DNA of 64,000 nucleotides, taken from positions 4,246,600-4,310,599 of the forward strand of contig NC_134036.1 in assembly GCF_964204645.1 (NCBI RefSeq). The letters run 5' to 3'. Below are positions 1 to 13,000 of this stretch, one piece after another. The stretch comes from Tubulanus polymorphus. Its lineage: Eukaryota; Animalia; Nemertea. The notes under the pieces were generated by a model. It ran no database searches. It worked only from the letters and a program-made list of their open reading frames with translations, and was not told the DNA's origin. How positions within the stretch are numbered: the stretch's first letter is position 1; each line of letters begins with the position of its first letter. Made by a program: the position numbers and the translations under genes.

Positions 1-1786
1 TAAATAATGAGCTTAATTGAAGACAATGACTAATTGAAAGACAACAAGCCTAAACAATGAGCTTAATTAAAGACAATAACTTATTTCGAGGATTCAAAAC
101 CTTAACAATGAGCTTAATTGAAGACAATGACTAATTTCAAAAATTCCAGGCCTAAAAAAGAGTTCATTTGAAGACATTAACTAATTTCAAAGTTTCAAAG
201 CCCAAACAACGAGTTTACTTGAAGACAATAACTAAATACATAGATTCAAAGCCTAAACAATGAGTCATTGAAGACAATAACTGATTACAAACATTCCAAG
301 CTTAAACAATGAGTTCTAACAGCAAATTTCATAGGTTCAAAGCCTAAACAAAGAGCTTAATTGAAGACATTAACTATTTTCAAAGTTTCAAAGCCCAAAC
401 AACGAGTTTAAATGAAATAAATAACTAAATATATAGATCCAAGGCCTAAACAATGAGTCTTATTGAAGACAATAATTTATTTCAAGGATTCAAAGCCCAA
501 ACAAAGAGCTTCATTGAAGACAATAACTAATCTCAAAGATTCCAAGCCTAAACAATAGGTTTTATTGAAGACAATAACTAATTTCAAACATTCCAAGCCG
601 AAAACAATGAGTTCTATTGAACATAACAGATAATTTCAAAGCTTCAAAGCCTAAACAAACAGCTTAATTGAAGACATTAACTAATTTCAAAGTTTCAAAG
701 CCTAAACAACGAGTTTCATTGAAGACAATAACTAAATACATAGATTCAAAGCCTAAACAATGAGTCATTGAAGACAATGATTTATTTCAAGGATTCAAAG
801 CCTAAACAATGAGCTTAATTCAAGACAATAATTGATTTCAAAGATTCAAAGCCTAAACAATGAGTTAGATTGAAGACAATAACTAATTTCAAACATTCCA
901 AGCCTAAACAATGAGTTCTATTGAACACAACTGCTAATTTCATGGGTTCACGATGCCTAAACGATGAGCTCAATTGAAGACAATAACTTATTTCAAGGAT
1001 TTAAATCCTAAACAATGAGCTTAATTTAAGACAATAACTAATTTCAAACATTCCAAGCTTAAACAATGAGTTCTATTGAACACAACAAATAATTTCATAG
1101 ATTCAAAGCCGAAACAATAAGCTTAATTGAAGACAATAACTAACTTCAAGGATTCAAAGCCTCAACGATGAGCTTAATTGAAGACAATAACTTATTACAA
1201 GGATTTAAAGCCTAAACAATGAGCTTAATTGAAGACAATAACTAATTTCAAACATTCCAAGCTTAAACAAAGAGCTTAATTGAAGACAATAACTAATATC
1301 AAACATTCCAAGCCCAAACAATGAGTTCTATTGAACAGAACAGCTAATTTCATAGATTCAAAGCCTACACAATATGAGTCATTGAATACAATAATTTATT
1401 TCAAGGATTCAAAGCCTAAACTATGAGCTTAATTGAAGACAATAACTAATTTCAAACATTCTCAGTTTAAACAAAGAGCTTAATTGAAGATAATAACTAA
1501 TATCAACCATTCCAAGCTTAAACAATGAGTACTATTGAACACAACAGCTAATTTCATAGATTCAAAGCCTAAACAATAATCTTAATTGAAGACAATAACT
1601 AATTTCATGGATTCAAAGTCTAAACAATGAGCTTAATTGAAGACAATGACTAATATCAAACGTATCAAGCCCAAACAATGAGTTCTATTGAACAATACAG
1701 CTAATTTTATAGATTCAAAGCCTAAACAATATAAGTCTGATCGAAGACAATAACTAATTTCATCGATTCAAAGCCTAAACAATGAC
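1..1786. repeat. 51-bp tandem satellite, ~35 copies, running off the left edge
   Basis: Unit approx. AATGAGCTTAATTGAAGACAATAACTAATTTCAAACATTCCAAGCCTAAAC, with recurring variants. The consensus has stops in all six frames. Confidence 0.97.
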
Positions 1787-1896
1787 TTTCCGAGTAAGGA
1801 TTCAGTCTACCGTGTGTAAGTTCATTATTACTGGAATCATTAAATGAATTAACCGAATGTTTCCTAAATAATAACACAATTAGAATGACAACTTAC

Positions 1897-4800
1897 AAAT
1901 TTATGTGTGTTTGTTTGTGCATCTTCTTGGTTCACACGGAGGGGAGTGACGTCTAAGCTACAGCAGTTAGCTCACTTGAATCATCTATCGGGTCAGGTCG
2001 GTTTAGTTAACTTGTATTGGATATCAGGTCCTGATGATGCAAAAAGATCCGGAATCTACGAAATGTTGGTTCAACAAACTGGCAACGGCGCAGGTCCTGG
2101 GGAAAAAGAGCCTACCTAAAAAAAGTGATAACAACCATTAAACATCACCATCAAATCGACTCAACCAGAGGCTATTTATATTCAAAGTAGAAATGCTAAT
2201 CACATAAGCTCAAGCCTGACCTTACTGAAATCTAACACATAAAAGGGGGCTTCAATGTTTACTCACCAATTAGTGTTTCAAACGGACGAAAGATTTGGAA
2301 GTTCATAACATAGCAAATCTTGATGAAGGCCTCTACCATATCTAACTCATGCGCATCGTCAGAAGGTCTGTTGAAGCTACTGTCGATGTTTTGATTTAGT
2401 CAGCGAGTACTGGCAGCAATTCGGTACAGATGAGTTGAATGCTGAAGGCACCATCTGAAAATAAGAAAACATCAATTCAACTTATTAGTAAGAGATAGTC
2501 TTCAGCTATAAATGCGTTCAATTCAAATCGATGTATTATTGGTCGATTAATCCTTCCAAACACCGAGGACTATGTGTTACCGTATAAACCGGTTTATCAC
2601 AATGCTTTGACCAATTTCAACGGACAGTGACAAAGGTCACCGCCGTATTATAGTTAGATGAATATCTATCCGACCTTGAAAGCGTTCTATACTTCAAAAT
2701 TCTACAGTATGGTATAGATATATCAGATATTTTTACCACTCCCAGTAAAATGATATATCAATATCGCGGACCCTTAATTTCAAATTCCTTTTAGTCGAAT
2801 TAAGACTTGAACACAAATATCAAAATCGTAAAACACCTATATAATATATACTCACATAATGGTTTGTATCTCAGCTATATGGCTGGTGAGTGAGACAAAC
2901 AGTTATGATATCACTTTACATCCTCTTAAACAGATAAATTCATCTAATTTTCAACACCATTTCGGTTTCCTTCGTATTAAAAAAAAACTTAGATCTCTGC
3001 TATAAGGCAATTGTGATACTCGACGGATATCAATCAACCTTTTAACACCACCATAGAGTTCCCTAGTAGTTTTCTGAGTCTTATATCCCCGCAATAAGGC
3101 TAGGCATTAGTTACAAAGGCTTCCCTGACACTTTTCCAAACCTTAACAGTGAAAAATGCCTCTAGCGGATTTTTGGTGGACTAATATTGCGCTTCCTCGA
3201 TGTTGATAGTTCGCGGAAATTCTGCCGGCGGCGCTGATCGACCGATTGAAGGCTTTCCTAATGAATGAATTGCGCGTTATAATATATTATTTCTTATATG
3301 CAAATATCAGCGGTTTATATTTCACCAAAATAATTATCAATATTTCATTTAAGAAGAATTAAAACGATATCGCAAATCAAGGTCAAAAGATAAGAAATCA
3401 CTAAGAGAACATTATTTTAGAGCTCAAATAATCTAGTCTAATACCGCGTGATAAGTGCGTTTTGTTTAAAAACGAAATGAAAATAATTTCAGATCGGTTG
3501 GAGATTCATATGCGAAATAATACGTGGTTATTCAATATCGACTCTTCCTGCTTGCTGTCATATGCAATATCTCTTACAGTCGTCTAAGAGCTGAACCCGT
3601 AAAAAAGTTACGTCCAAATTTTACACTCATAAATTGATTATGAAAACTTTGTAATATCATCACGTTATCTAATTAATCGTATTGTAATATTTCGCTACGT
3701 TTGCGCGCGTTAAGCTGTTGTTTAAACCATAGTTTCAGTAAAAAGCACCTCTAGATTTTCCGTGAACTAAAAATGCGCTTCCTTGTATATGGGATATACC
3801 CAAAAACTTTTTCCCCCAATTTCAATAAAATTTCGTACATACACTATTTCAATGGAGCTGATCACGAATATTGAGTTACCTTTCGTATTGGAGGCATTGA
3901 AAATGAAAAATTATGTTTTTTAGGGGGACCCCCTAGATTTTCAAAAGGGTCTGTACCCAAGAGTTTTGGAAATAATCAAATTCTGATTGCAGATTTGGAA
4001 TCAGCGCCCCTCAAAATATAAAGGACTAAAATTTCAGGCAAATCGAAGAGGTTCGATTTTTTGCCCAAAAATGGCAAAAATCTAAGGTGTAAGTCCAGGA
4101 GTTTTTTTCGGGCGAAAATTTTTTTTTCTCTGATTCATACGAAATTTGGTAGGGAGGTGTATTCTGATGTGTAGATTGCAGATCTGCAATCAGATTTCAA
4201 ATCGGAATTCATCTTCATGGGCAAATAATGGTTTCAATGCCCAAAATATGCACCCCAAAAATGGGGTGCAAGGTCAAAATTTCATTTTGCTCCAACTTTC
4301 ATGAAATTTGGTGAAAACACGTTTTTTGGTGTGCTGATCTCGAATATGAAGTCAGTTTTTGGGTCTGCAATTCCAAAACGGAGAAAATAAGATCGCGGAA
4401 ATCTTATCAGAGTTTTATTGTATAACGACTGTGAGACATCCGCCGTTGATTTGCATTTCAGTTCTCACAAATTACGCAAGAGGCGCTGCGAATTGAAACA
4501 ACCCTATCCGAGCATCCAGCGCTATGAAATAGTAAACTAATTATTCTTCCTAAGATATCTTATCTCATACAGTGGTCATTTTTATCTCAATAGGTTGAAT
4601 GAGTAAAGTTTTAGTTTTCTTCTATCTGTTTTATCGGAAACAATAAACTTTCGTTCTTCCATTTCATTAATTGAAAAAAAAGACACAACTATTTCAAATG
4701 CCCTACTAGTTCAGTTTTAAAACGATAATTCATTTCATCTAAATTGAAATCTGGTAAAATTTCGTAGCCATGACGTAACGAGACAATTGAAATTCGTAAT

Positions 4801-5060
4801 TGAATTATGCCCGAATGACCGGGCGTAGAATAAATGGAAACATTTCAAAAGCTCACCTTCATTTCCTTTGACCTCTTTACTATACGCATCACTATAAGAC
4901 TTGAGATGTCCATTCCTTAGAAACATTTCCTCTCTCCTTTGCGAGCGTTTGAGAATCCTCGTCAAAATTCTGAGTGACTTTGAACACTGTCCGCTTCGTT
5001 TGAATCAAACGCGTAGTCCGAGAATCCTCCTCGAATTTACGAGTTCGCTTTGAAACTACA
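1897..5060 (-). ncRNA. Spliced transcript without a long ORF (lncRNA or uORF-rich 5' leader of a gene left of the window); exons ~5060-4857, 2454-2267, 2115-1897
   Basis: Consistent minus-strand signals: AAG|GTGAGC (4857), ttttcttattttcag| (2454), TTG|GTGAGT (2267), cacttttttttag| (2115), TTT|GTAAGT (1897). Exon 2 has stops in all three frames. The start site is approximate. Confidence 0.55.
3790..4390. mobile_element. Non-autonomous DNA-transposon-like element with internal subrepeats in both orientations
   Basis: A related motif (AAATTTGG...GCTGAT..CGAATAT / GATTGCAGAT.TGCAATCAGA) occurs at ~3820, ~4135 and ~4295, and inverted at ~3985-4045. Termini not resolved. Confidence 0.4.
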
Positions 5061-5786
5061 GTTCATTTCGATTTAAACACGTACCCCTTTATGTCATTGT
5101 CTTTTTTGGAAAGTTCGTTTTTTGGAAGGGAAGGACTGAGCTATATTCCTATACGCAAAGGTGTCCGGCTCCCGGCGCAGCTGGTGGAAGCGAATACACG
5201 TCAGTATACGTGAGTCTCACTCACTCACTCGTCAAATCATGCGTACGCGAGGGACAATGTGTGCCGCTGCGGTTCGATCTTTCGTCGGACAATGCCACCG
5301 GTATTGCATTCGGCAGAATATCCTCCGAAAAACCGGCGCGATTGTATATTAACTATTCGTTGGAACAGTTAGTCGGTGTTGTTTTAGGTTCACTTATCTT
5401 CAGTTGGAAAAGTTGTTCTAATTTTTTAAGAATAAATTGACCTAGGCTTGAAATATGTTATGTTCTATGTAATCGGTTAAGATTTGTTGAAAGTTGATGA
5501 ATCAAGAATGTATCAAATGTTTTTCTAAATGCTGTGAATGCCAAAGGTGAAAGTTTGTTTATAATAATATACATTAGAGTTTTAACCCCGGCAAATGTCA
5601 AAGAAATGCCCAAAGAAATGCCGCCACTTGCATCGCTTATTAAGTCGCCCATTATACGAGAAATCCCCTCAACAGTAAGAGGCCTAGCAAAATTTCTGAA
5701 CAATGTTAAATATCAAAATGTTAGAAAATAAGTCAACTTACTTTTTAACACAATCGATATGTACGTAATTACTATATGTATTGTAA

Positions 5787-5844
5787 GTATGTATGTATGT
5801 ATGTAGGTATGTATGTATGTATGTATGTATGGGTGTATGTGTGT
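5787..5844. repeat. (TATG)n microsatellite
   Basis: Direct reading. Confidence 0.95.
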
Positions 5845-6084
5845 CAGGATGAAAATACTCTCTGATGATAGTAAAGATATTAGTTGCTTTTTTCACAAAA
5901 AGTAACTCGCGTATGTCGGAAGGGCGGGGTGGGATTTCGGACGCAACCGAAAGCTTTCCTCGCGGCGTATATTCAATTGGTCGTCGGAAATCCTCCTGAA
6001 GCGCGGGGTCGAGACGTCCGCCTTCTATCTAGAACATGATATACCGTCAACCCGAAAAGAAATAAAATTCCGAATCCACCACCG

Positions 6085-6124
6085 TGAAAAATAAACAAAC
6101 CAAACACGTGCATTTCAATTTATT
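6085..6124 (-). terminator. Polyadenylation signal with downstream GU/U-rich element
   Basis: Minus strand: AATAAA (6124-6119) TTGAAATGCA CGTGTTTGGTTTGTTTATTTTTC, preceded by a long AU-rich tract. Confidence 0.65.
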
Positions 6125-6787
6125 AGTAGCTTTAATTGTTAAGGATTATAATCAATATATCGTTCAGTTTATAATATATATTTATATATATATATTTATA
6201 TAATATAATATAAGAATGTGTTCATTATTCATTATTAATTATTCATTTTTTTTAATTCATCAATTTATTCATCGATCGTCATCGAGTTTTATTCACTTTT
6301 TTAAATTATCTAATTCACTTTTTAATTAGATGCACTCTTAAATCATCATCATTATCATCATCATCATCATCATCATCACACAAAACTCTCATCTTCATTT
6401 TCATAAATACAACATGTTATATCGTTATGAATTATAGTAGTTATTTCATCGTCATTTTCATTACCAGGGGTGAACAATGATAATAATTATAATAATAATA
6501 GTAATAATAATAATCATCATCATAATCATAACTATTTTCTTTTGGGGTTCGAACCTCGGGGACGACGAATGTTCTTTTTCTTAAGCGAGAAAAAATCTTT
6601 CTCAAACTTCCTAAACAATTTTGTAGTTAATATCGTCTACGCGCGTGTAAGCTTATAGTACAAGATTTCATACAAGTTCAAGGTCAATCACGCTCTCAAG
6701 GTCACACAAATCGCGCGACCGACGTTGACGTCATCGTATCGATTTGGCCCGGTCTGATTTGTTTTTTTTTCCATTCAGACGTGCACA

Positions 6788-6924
6788 GGGCCAGTTGCTG
6801 CAAATGTCGGCCACAGTTAAGCCCCGGATAGTGTTGACGCGTAGTGACAATTAAAAGTCCATTGTTACACTACGGCATCTATCCGCCGGTTATCTTTAAC
6901 CATCGACTTGTGAGCAACTGACCC
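6788..6924. mobile_element. Short MITE-like element with terminal inverted repeats
   Basis: GGGCCAGTTGCT...AGCAACTGACCC. Related ends (GGTTGCTCAAAAGTTGGTTA) occur at ~38825 and ~59633. Confidence 0.6.
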
Positions 6925-9169
6925 CGGGAGCGGTGTGACCATCCGCGGCGGAATTTACATCGTTTTATTCATAATTAACCTTTGAGTCGGGAGGCCCGAT
7001 TCTAGATGTCCGTCACGAGATCGAATTACGACGACACGACCATATCGATCGAATATAATGACGTCCTCCTCGCAGCAAATGCAAACAGCCTGCTAGCAAT
7101 TGGCCCTCGATTCGTTCAAGGGCTTACGGCTTCTACAGACGTATTTTAAAGGCATAAAAAGCAGATTCGAAGCTTTCGTAAATATTGTTATCGTGTCTGT
7201 AATGGCCGGCAGGTGGCGCTACGAAATACGGCTCGGATGACGTCATAACAGCCGCGCATGGAAGGTCGAAGCAACAGGATTCGTACGGGAACACCCCTTA
7301 CGATTACCGCCTTGCAAAATTATCGCGATTTCGGCGAGGAGAAAAAACCTTTTTTGATTATTCGCGCAACGAGCGAAATCTTTTAAACAAATCGAATCAA
7401 CCCTTAGAAACGAGAGGGGCAGATTTCACGAAACGAATTACAATCACATCACTTCGATGCTGGAATTTACACTCGATTTGTTGATTCATCATTTTACTGA
7501 ATCGTTGAAGTAATCGAGGACGAGAAGGTCGACATTAGTAACTAATCGTAATTTTACTGAATCGTCAGTGAAAAAATAAGTTGCCGTCAAAGTAACTAAT
7601 TATAATTTTGCTTTGTGTCCCCTGATAACCAACTATTGGCTGCAACTCACGGTATTCGCGGTATTTAAAGTCACCATGGTTAACCGAACTTAAGCGACAA
7701 TGACAGCAAAACAACAGCGCTATACACGTATTGAGTAGGCGCCCGCAGTTGTGAATGAAATTCGTGAATGTTGTTGAAATTACCGAAAACTTAATGTTGA
7801 CTTCGCGCGTCAGTATTTTTTTGCGTACATCCTACTCGCAACGACCGTGGAACCATCGTTGTTATAAAAAATAGTTCTCGTTTTTGCCTTGAATAGAAGA
7901 GACATCGCATTGCCGCGGCAAGCGAGTAGTGTTTTCGGCGCGTCCGGTATTTACGAGAAATGTTGCAAAAGTAGAAAAATACTTCTAGTACAATCGTTCG
8001 GTAGATAGATATCATTATTACAGGTTAGCAACGTGTTATTCGGTGCATTTTCGGGTACGTATCAAAATGTACAAAACGGGACTTCCGTAATGACCACCGT
8101 CTGCGCGAGTTCGGTCCGGTAGTCATTTCGGTAACCCAGTGCGGTGTAGTTCGGAGTCTTCGCCGAGCCGTTTAGGTAGGAAAGCGTGTACTAGCGTGTA
8201 AAATGGACCCGCAACTGCAGAACTTGGTCCTACCGCCATGGTTGATTGCTTTATTCCTAATTATAATTCGGAATTTCATTTAGAAAATCAAAACATCGTC
8301 GACGACACGACACGACCCCTAAATCTAACCAGACCGCGATGTAAGGGCTAGGGGTATTAGCGTGGTATCGTAGAAAAATGTCGCGCGTAGCGAAATTAAA
8401 AGTCTCGTTAAAATAACCGACGCGAAATCTGCATATTCGCCCGGATCGTCGGTTACCATGGCAACGATTATGTCGGCATTTCTAGACGAGAAGTGTGAAA
8501 AATAAACATCGCGATTTTTTGTGAAAAACTTTCGAAATGTTTCTACAAATGTTCACCCTCGATTTAAGTAATCAAAAAAGGTTTTTCCCTTGCCGCGACC
8601 AACGCGTGAAAATGTCCGATATCTTAGTCAGTCAAAATCAGTCACGCCCGTTGTACAAACTACTAGTCTACATTAGCGATTGATTCTTTTAATAAAAAGG
8701 ACAGTACGCCCTCTACAGGCAAAAATATAAACGACGGTACGCCCTCTATACGTGAAAAAATTTACATCACCGCCGCGTATAATAACGAATATGAGTAGTT
8801 TATTGAACACAATATAGGTGGCATCATCTCCCAGCTATAACTGACTGGCGCGTAACTTTTTTTCCTATTAAGAGTAAAATCAATTAAAAATCATCAATTA
8901 CTAGCGATAATGTTTAGAGATTTCGCAGCGTTTAAAACGTGAAAACGTTAATTACTAATTAAAATTTTAATAATCGCACATTTTCATCAAATATTATAAA
9001 ATAGTAAACTGAGTATAAGTTAATAAGTTAATTAATAAATTAGACGTTTGAATAAGTTAACTATATATAAGGCTAGTTAAAATAACTTATGATATGATTA
9101 AACAGAACGGAATTCAGGTTTTCGTTTTGAAATTCAACTCGCCGAATACTACTCGGTAGGCTATTTGCA

Positions 9170-9500
9170 GGCGTGGATAAACCCAGTTCCACGGCCGTCG
9201 GGTCTGGGTCGAATTAAACCCGCGTTACTGTGGAACTGGATTACGAGTCAAATAAAACTAATCCAACTTTGGAACTTTGGAGTCAAATCTATTTCGCAGA
9301 ACTGCCGACTGTATCCCGAATCAAACACGTCGAACTGGATCCGGAGAGTCGATTTAAAGTCGACACGACTGTGGGACTGGGTCCGGATTCGAATCGAACC
9401 CACACAACTGTAGAACTGGATCCAAAGTAAAACGCATTTGTGGAACTAGAACTGGATCCGGAGTTGTGAGTTGAAATCCACACAGCCGCGGTACTGGATC
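9170..9500 (+). repeat. 39-bp dispersed minisatellite family A (ACCCACACAACTGTGGAACTGGATCCAGAGTCAAATTAA), cluster 1
   Basis: Diverged tandem copies of the GAACTGGATCC core. The same unit occurs at 19.3k (inverted), 25.9k, 40.9k and 50.6k. Confidence 0.85.
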
Positions 9501-9823
9501 GTTATGCAAATGTATGCAAATTTATGTAAATGATACTTTGATTTTTTCGCGTTCGCTAGGTCGAGTTAGTCTCTACGTTTTTATTTCTATTCTGGCCGGA
9601 TCGGTGATATTCTTTATCGCGCGCTATATAAATATAAATGTATATAGGACGACCTATACGGCGTGTAGCTAAGCTAACGGCGAAAAACGAACCTCAAAAA
9701 CGAACAACGACAAGCACCGATTTTTTTTTCCGTTGATTCTAAATTTCTTCAAGCGATTCATTGGAATTCCTTTTTTCTACTACTCAGGCCAGATTAGGCA
9801 AAATTCGAATCCCCGGTAGACGG

Positions 9824-10026
<203 letters not shown>

Positions 10027-13000
10027 TGATTTCACGGAGTGTCGTGTTTAATCGCGCGCGCAGACACTAGAGGGAGCCATGTTACGGGGGTGTGATAATA
10101 ATTTCGACATAATTAAAATACAACGAAACAACAGAATTTCAATGAATAAAACGATATGTGTGTTTGTGTGATACGTATACAGTTTGCGCGTACGCATAAT
10201 TTGCTGACAACACCGAACGGCACAACGATACATCGAATTTCTGTACATCGCGCGAACGCTACAACCACGCCGCCTGCCGGGGTGCCATTGAACTTCGTCG
10301 GACTACGCGTCGGACGTATTTCCGTACGAGCTTCGGAAAATCGGCTGCTATCTCCGACCGCCGGCAAGCGAGGCGGAGGCGCCCGCGTTTCTAATTGAGA
10401 TTCAAAGTCCTCCGTAAAAATCGAACAACACCCGATCGACCGATTAACTAATTAATTAATTCATTAATTAATTACCTCGTTATCGGCGCGAACGTATATC
10501 GATAAGTTAATTCACAATCGCGCTATGTAGAATGACACTTAATCAGTTCCATCGTTTATAATCGATAATTCAATAATATTAATAGTAATAATAATAATAA
10601 TGGCAATAATAAATAATAATCTAATAGTAAATTTCGTAATTATTAATCAACAACTTTTCGACATCGATAATACTGCAAATTCCCTGTTTGTTTTTTTTTC
10701 TTATTTGTGTACTTCTTGTTTTCACACACTCACACAAATTCACCATTAATTAATCGATTATTGATTATTTGTCCCGGTAGAAAAAAAGAAAATCGACACA
10801 TCCATGATTATGAAATACACGACGACGATGAGCTCAAGTCCTAGCGCAACCGCGCACCCAGTTTTCGCGAAGAACATTTGCTTAAAACGGAGTTTAGAAT
10901 TCGAATCGTTGTTTGTTAGTTACCGCTATTGGGCACTTATACAAACGTTTTAGGTTAACTTATTTTAACAGGCTGCCTGCAATTCGATTGAAGAAAAGCC
11001 AACACCAAGTTAAACTAGAAATAGAGGATTGGCCTTTCCGACCAATGCCTACACGAGCCATTTTCAAAAACGTTACAAATCCCTCTTCGCCAGAAACTGG
11101 GTCCGGTATTACATGTATAAGAAATCCCCAAGTTCGTTTTTCAAAGAATCAAAAAATAATTATTTCCTCGAAAAAAAGGAAAGATTTATCATCGTTATCA
11201 AAAGAGAGACGACACGAATTTGTTTACGAATATCTTTTATGAAAACATCGTTTTTTTTTCTTAAATAGTTGAGCGTTTTTTATGTTCTACACGTATTGTT
11301 GTTAACATCGATATAGTCAAAATATACGAGAAAATTGGACAAGTCGAGTTAGGCTGACACCTTTTCTTTCTAAGGCGCAATTCTTCTAGTAATCGTTCAT
11401 TTTCTTTTACTTTTCGAAGTCGAACTTAACTTAGGCTAACCAGGCTCAAAAAGCGTCGAAAACCGAGACAACTTTTTCGTCGGAGCGAATCAGACTTAGA
11501 AAGAACCTTCGTCATAATTTCGCGGTTCGGTTGAACAGCCAGAATTCTCGTTGCGACTAAGCCAACATCGAACTTAACAACTTTAGAAGTTGGGCGTCGT
11601 CTTGAATATCGGCCAAGCCTGCGCGACTGGCTCTATGGACGCGGTGGTCTGAGATCGCGTCGATCGAGTCAACGATTTGGTCGAAACAATGTATTCGGTC
11701 CGTTCAGGAACAGGCGCGAACGCGATACCTTCATCATATATGTTCTTGAGGCAATCACAGCAAACTGTCTATATCATACTTCTTCACGATTTGGCAAGAT
11801 TCGTTATTTTCTAGTAAGTCTAGTACATTTTAATCACTGTCACTTAATTGCACCGATCCCCTGATTAGATTAATTAGTCACCAATTAGCCGCCAATTAGC
11901 GAGCGTTTAGCGTACGAAATCGAATTCGTCCCCGTTTTCGTAAATTATCTAAGGAATAAAAAAAGTTCCTATTGCACATAACGCCTTAAAAACGATGAAA
12001 ACACAATCTTAGGAGAGAATAATCATAATAATCTAAACAAGACTTAGAACGTAACGTTTTAATTGCACTCTGAGACGCACTCTAATTAATAGTTAATTAC
12101 CCGTTAATTAGTCGTTAATTGATCGGATGCACGCGAACGCACACGCGTCGTGCGTCGCGACTCCGTCGACGCCGGGACGAAATTGACACCAAACTCAACA
12201 TCAACAAAAAATCATTGAAAATAAAAGATCCTATTTACGCGGTGTATACATAAAACGATCGTAATTAACATAATTAATTAATTAATTAATTAATAATAAT
12301 TAATCTAATATCGATATGTAAATAATAATAGTAATAATAAGTTAATAATGAGTCGATTAGATACGGAAAAGTATGTACAGGCAACTACCGAGAATTTATT
12401 TCCGTTGAAAAAGTTTCAGACCCCGTTATTTTCTATGTCGTGTTCTCACTTCCACTCTCCACCGAAACGTGACTGAGTTTGACTGACAAATCAACTATTA
12501 AAATCATCATCGTCATCGTCATCGTTATCGTTAATCGCAGCGGCGAACGATGAAATATTTTGCTAAAAGCGTCATTTTCATTCGCCACATCGCCCCGATA
12601 GAAGAGCGTCGTATCAATGATATATATTTTTCGTATCGATAATCAATAATGATTATAATAATTGTAATAATGATAATAATAGTAATAATAATCATCATAA
12701 TAATAGTAATAATATATATTATAATTATGATAAGTTATAAAGCAATTTATCGGGCAAGATATGTATAATGCAAGTCTGAATATATTACTAGGTTATGAAT
12801 ACGCGGGCTAAGGGTATTTCGATGTACTAATGTTAGGTAACTAATTAGTAATCTATCTAAGTCTAATGAGTTAATTACGCGGGTAGCGGCAGATTAATTA
12901 ACCGGAATATTTCTTTCGGGAAAAGAAGAAATTAGAAATATCGCGCTTTGGTTATAGCAATAATTCCGCAATCCGAGCGCGATTGCGTTACGAAGCCGTT

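Noticed and set aside
1-1786. CRISPR array or repetitive protein
   Set aside because: Units are contiguous with no unique spacers, the context is eukaryotic, and the consensus has stops in all frames.
2116-2266. Intronic snoRNA in the non-coding transcript
   Set aside because: No box C/D pair or H/ACA architecture is visible in this intron.
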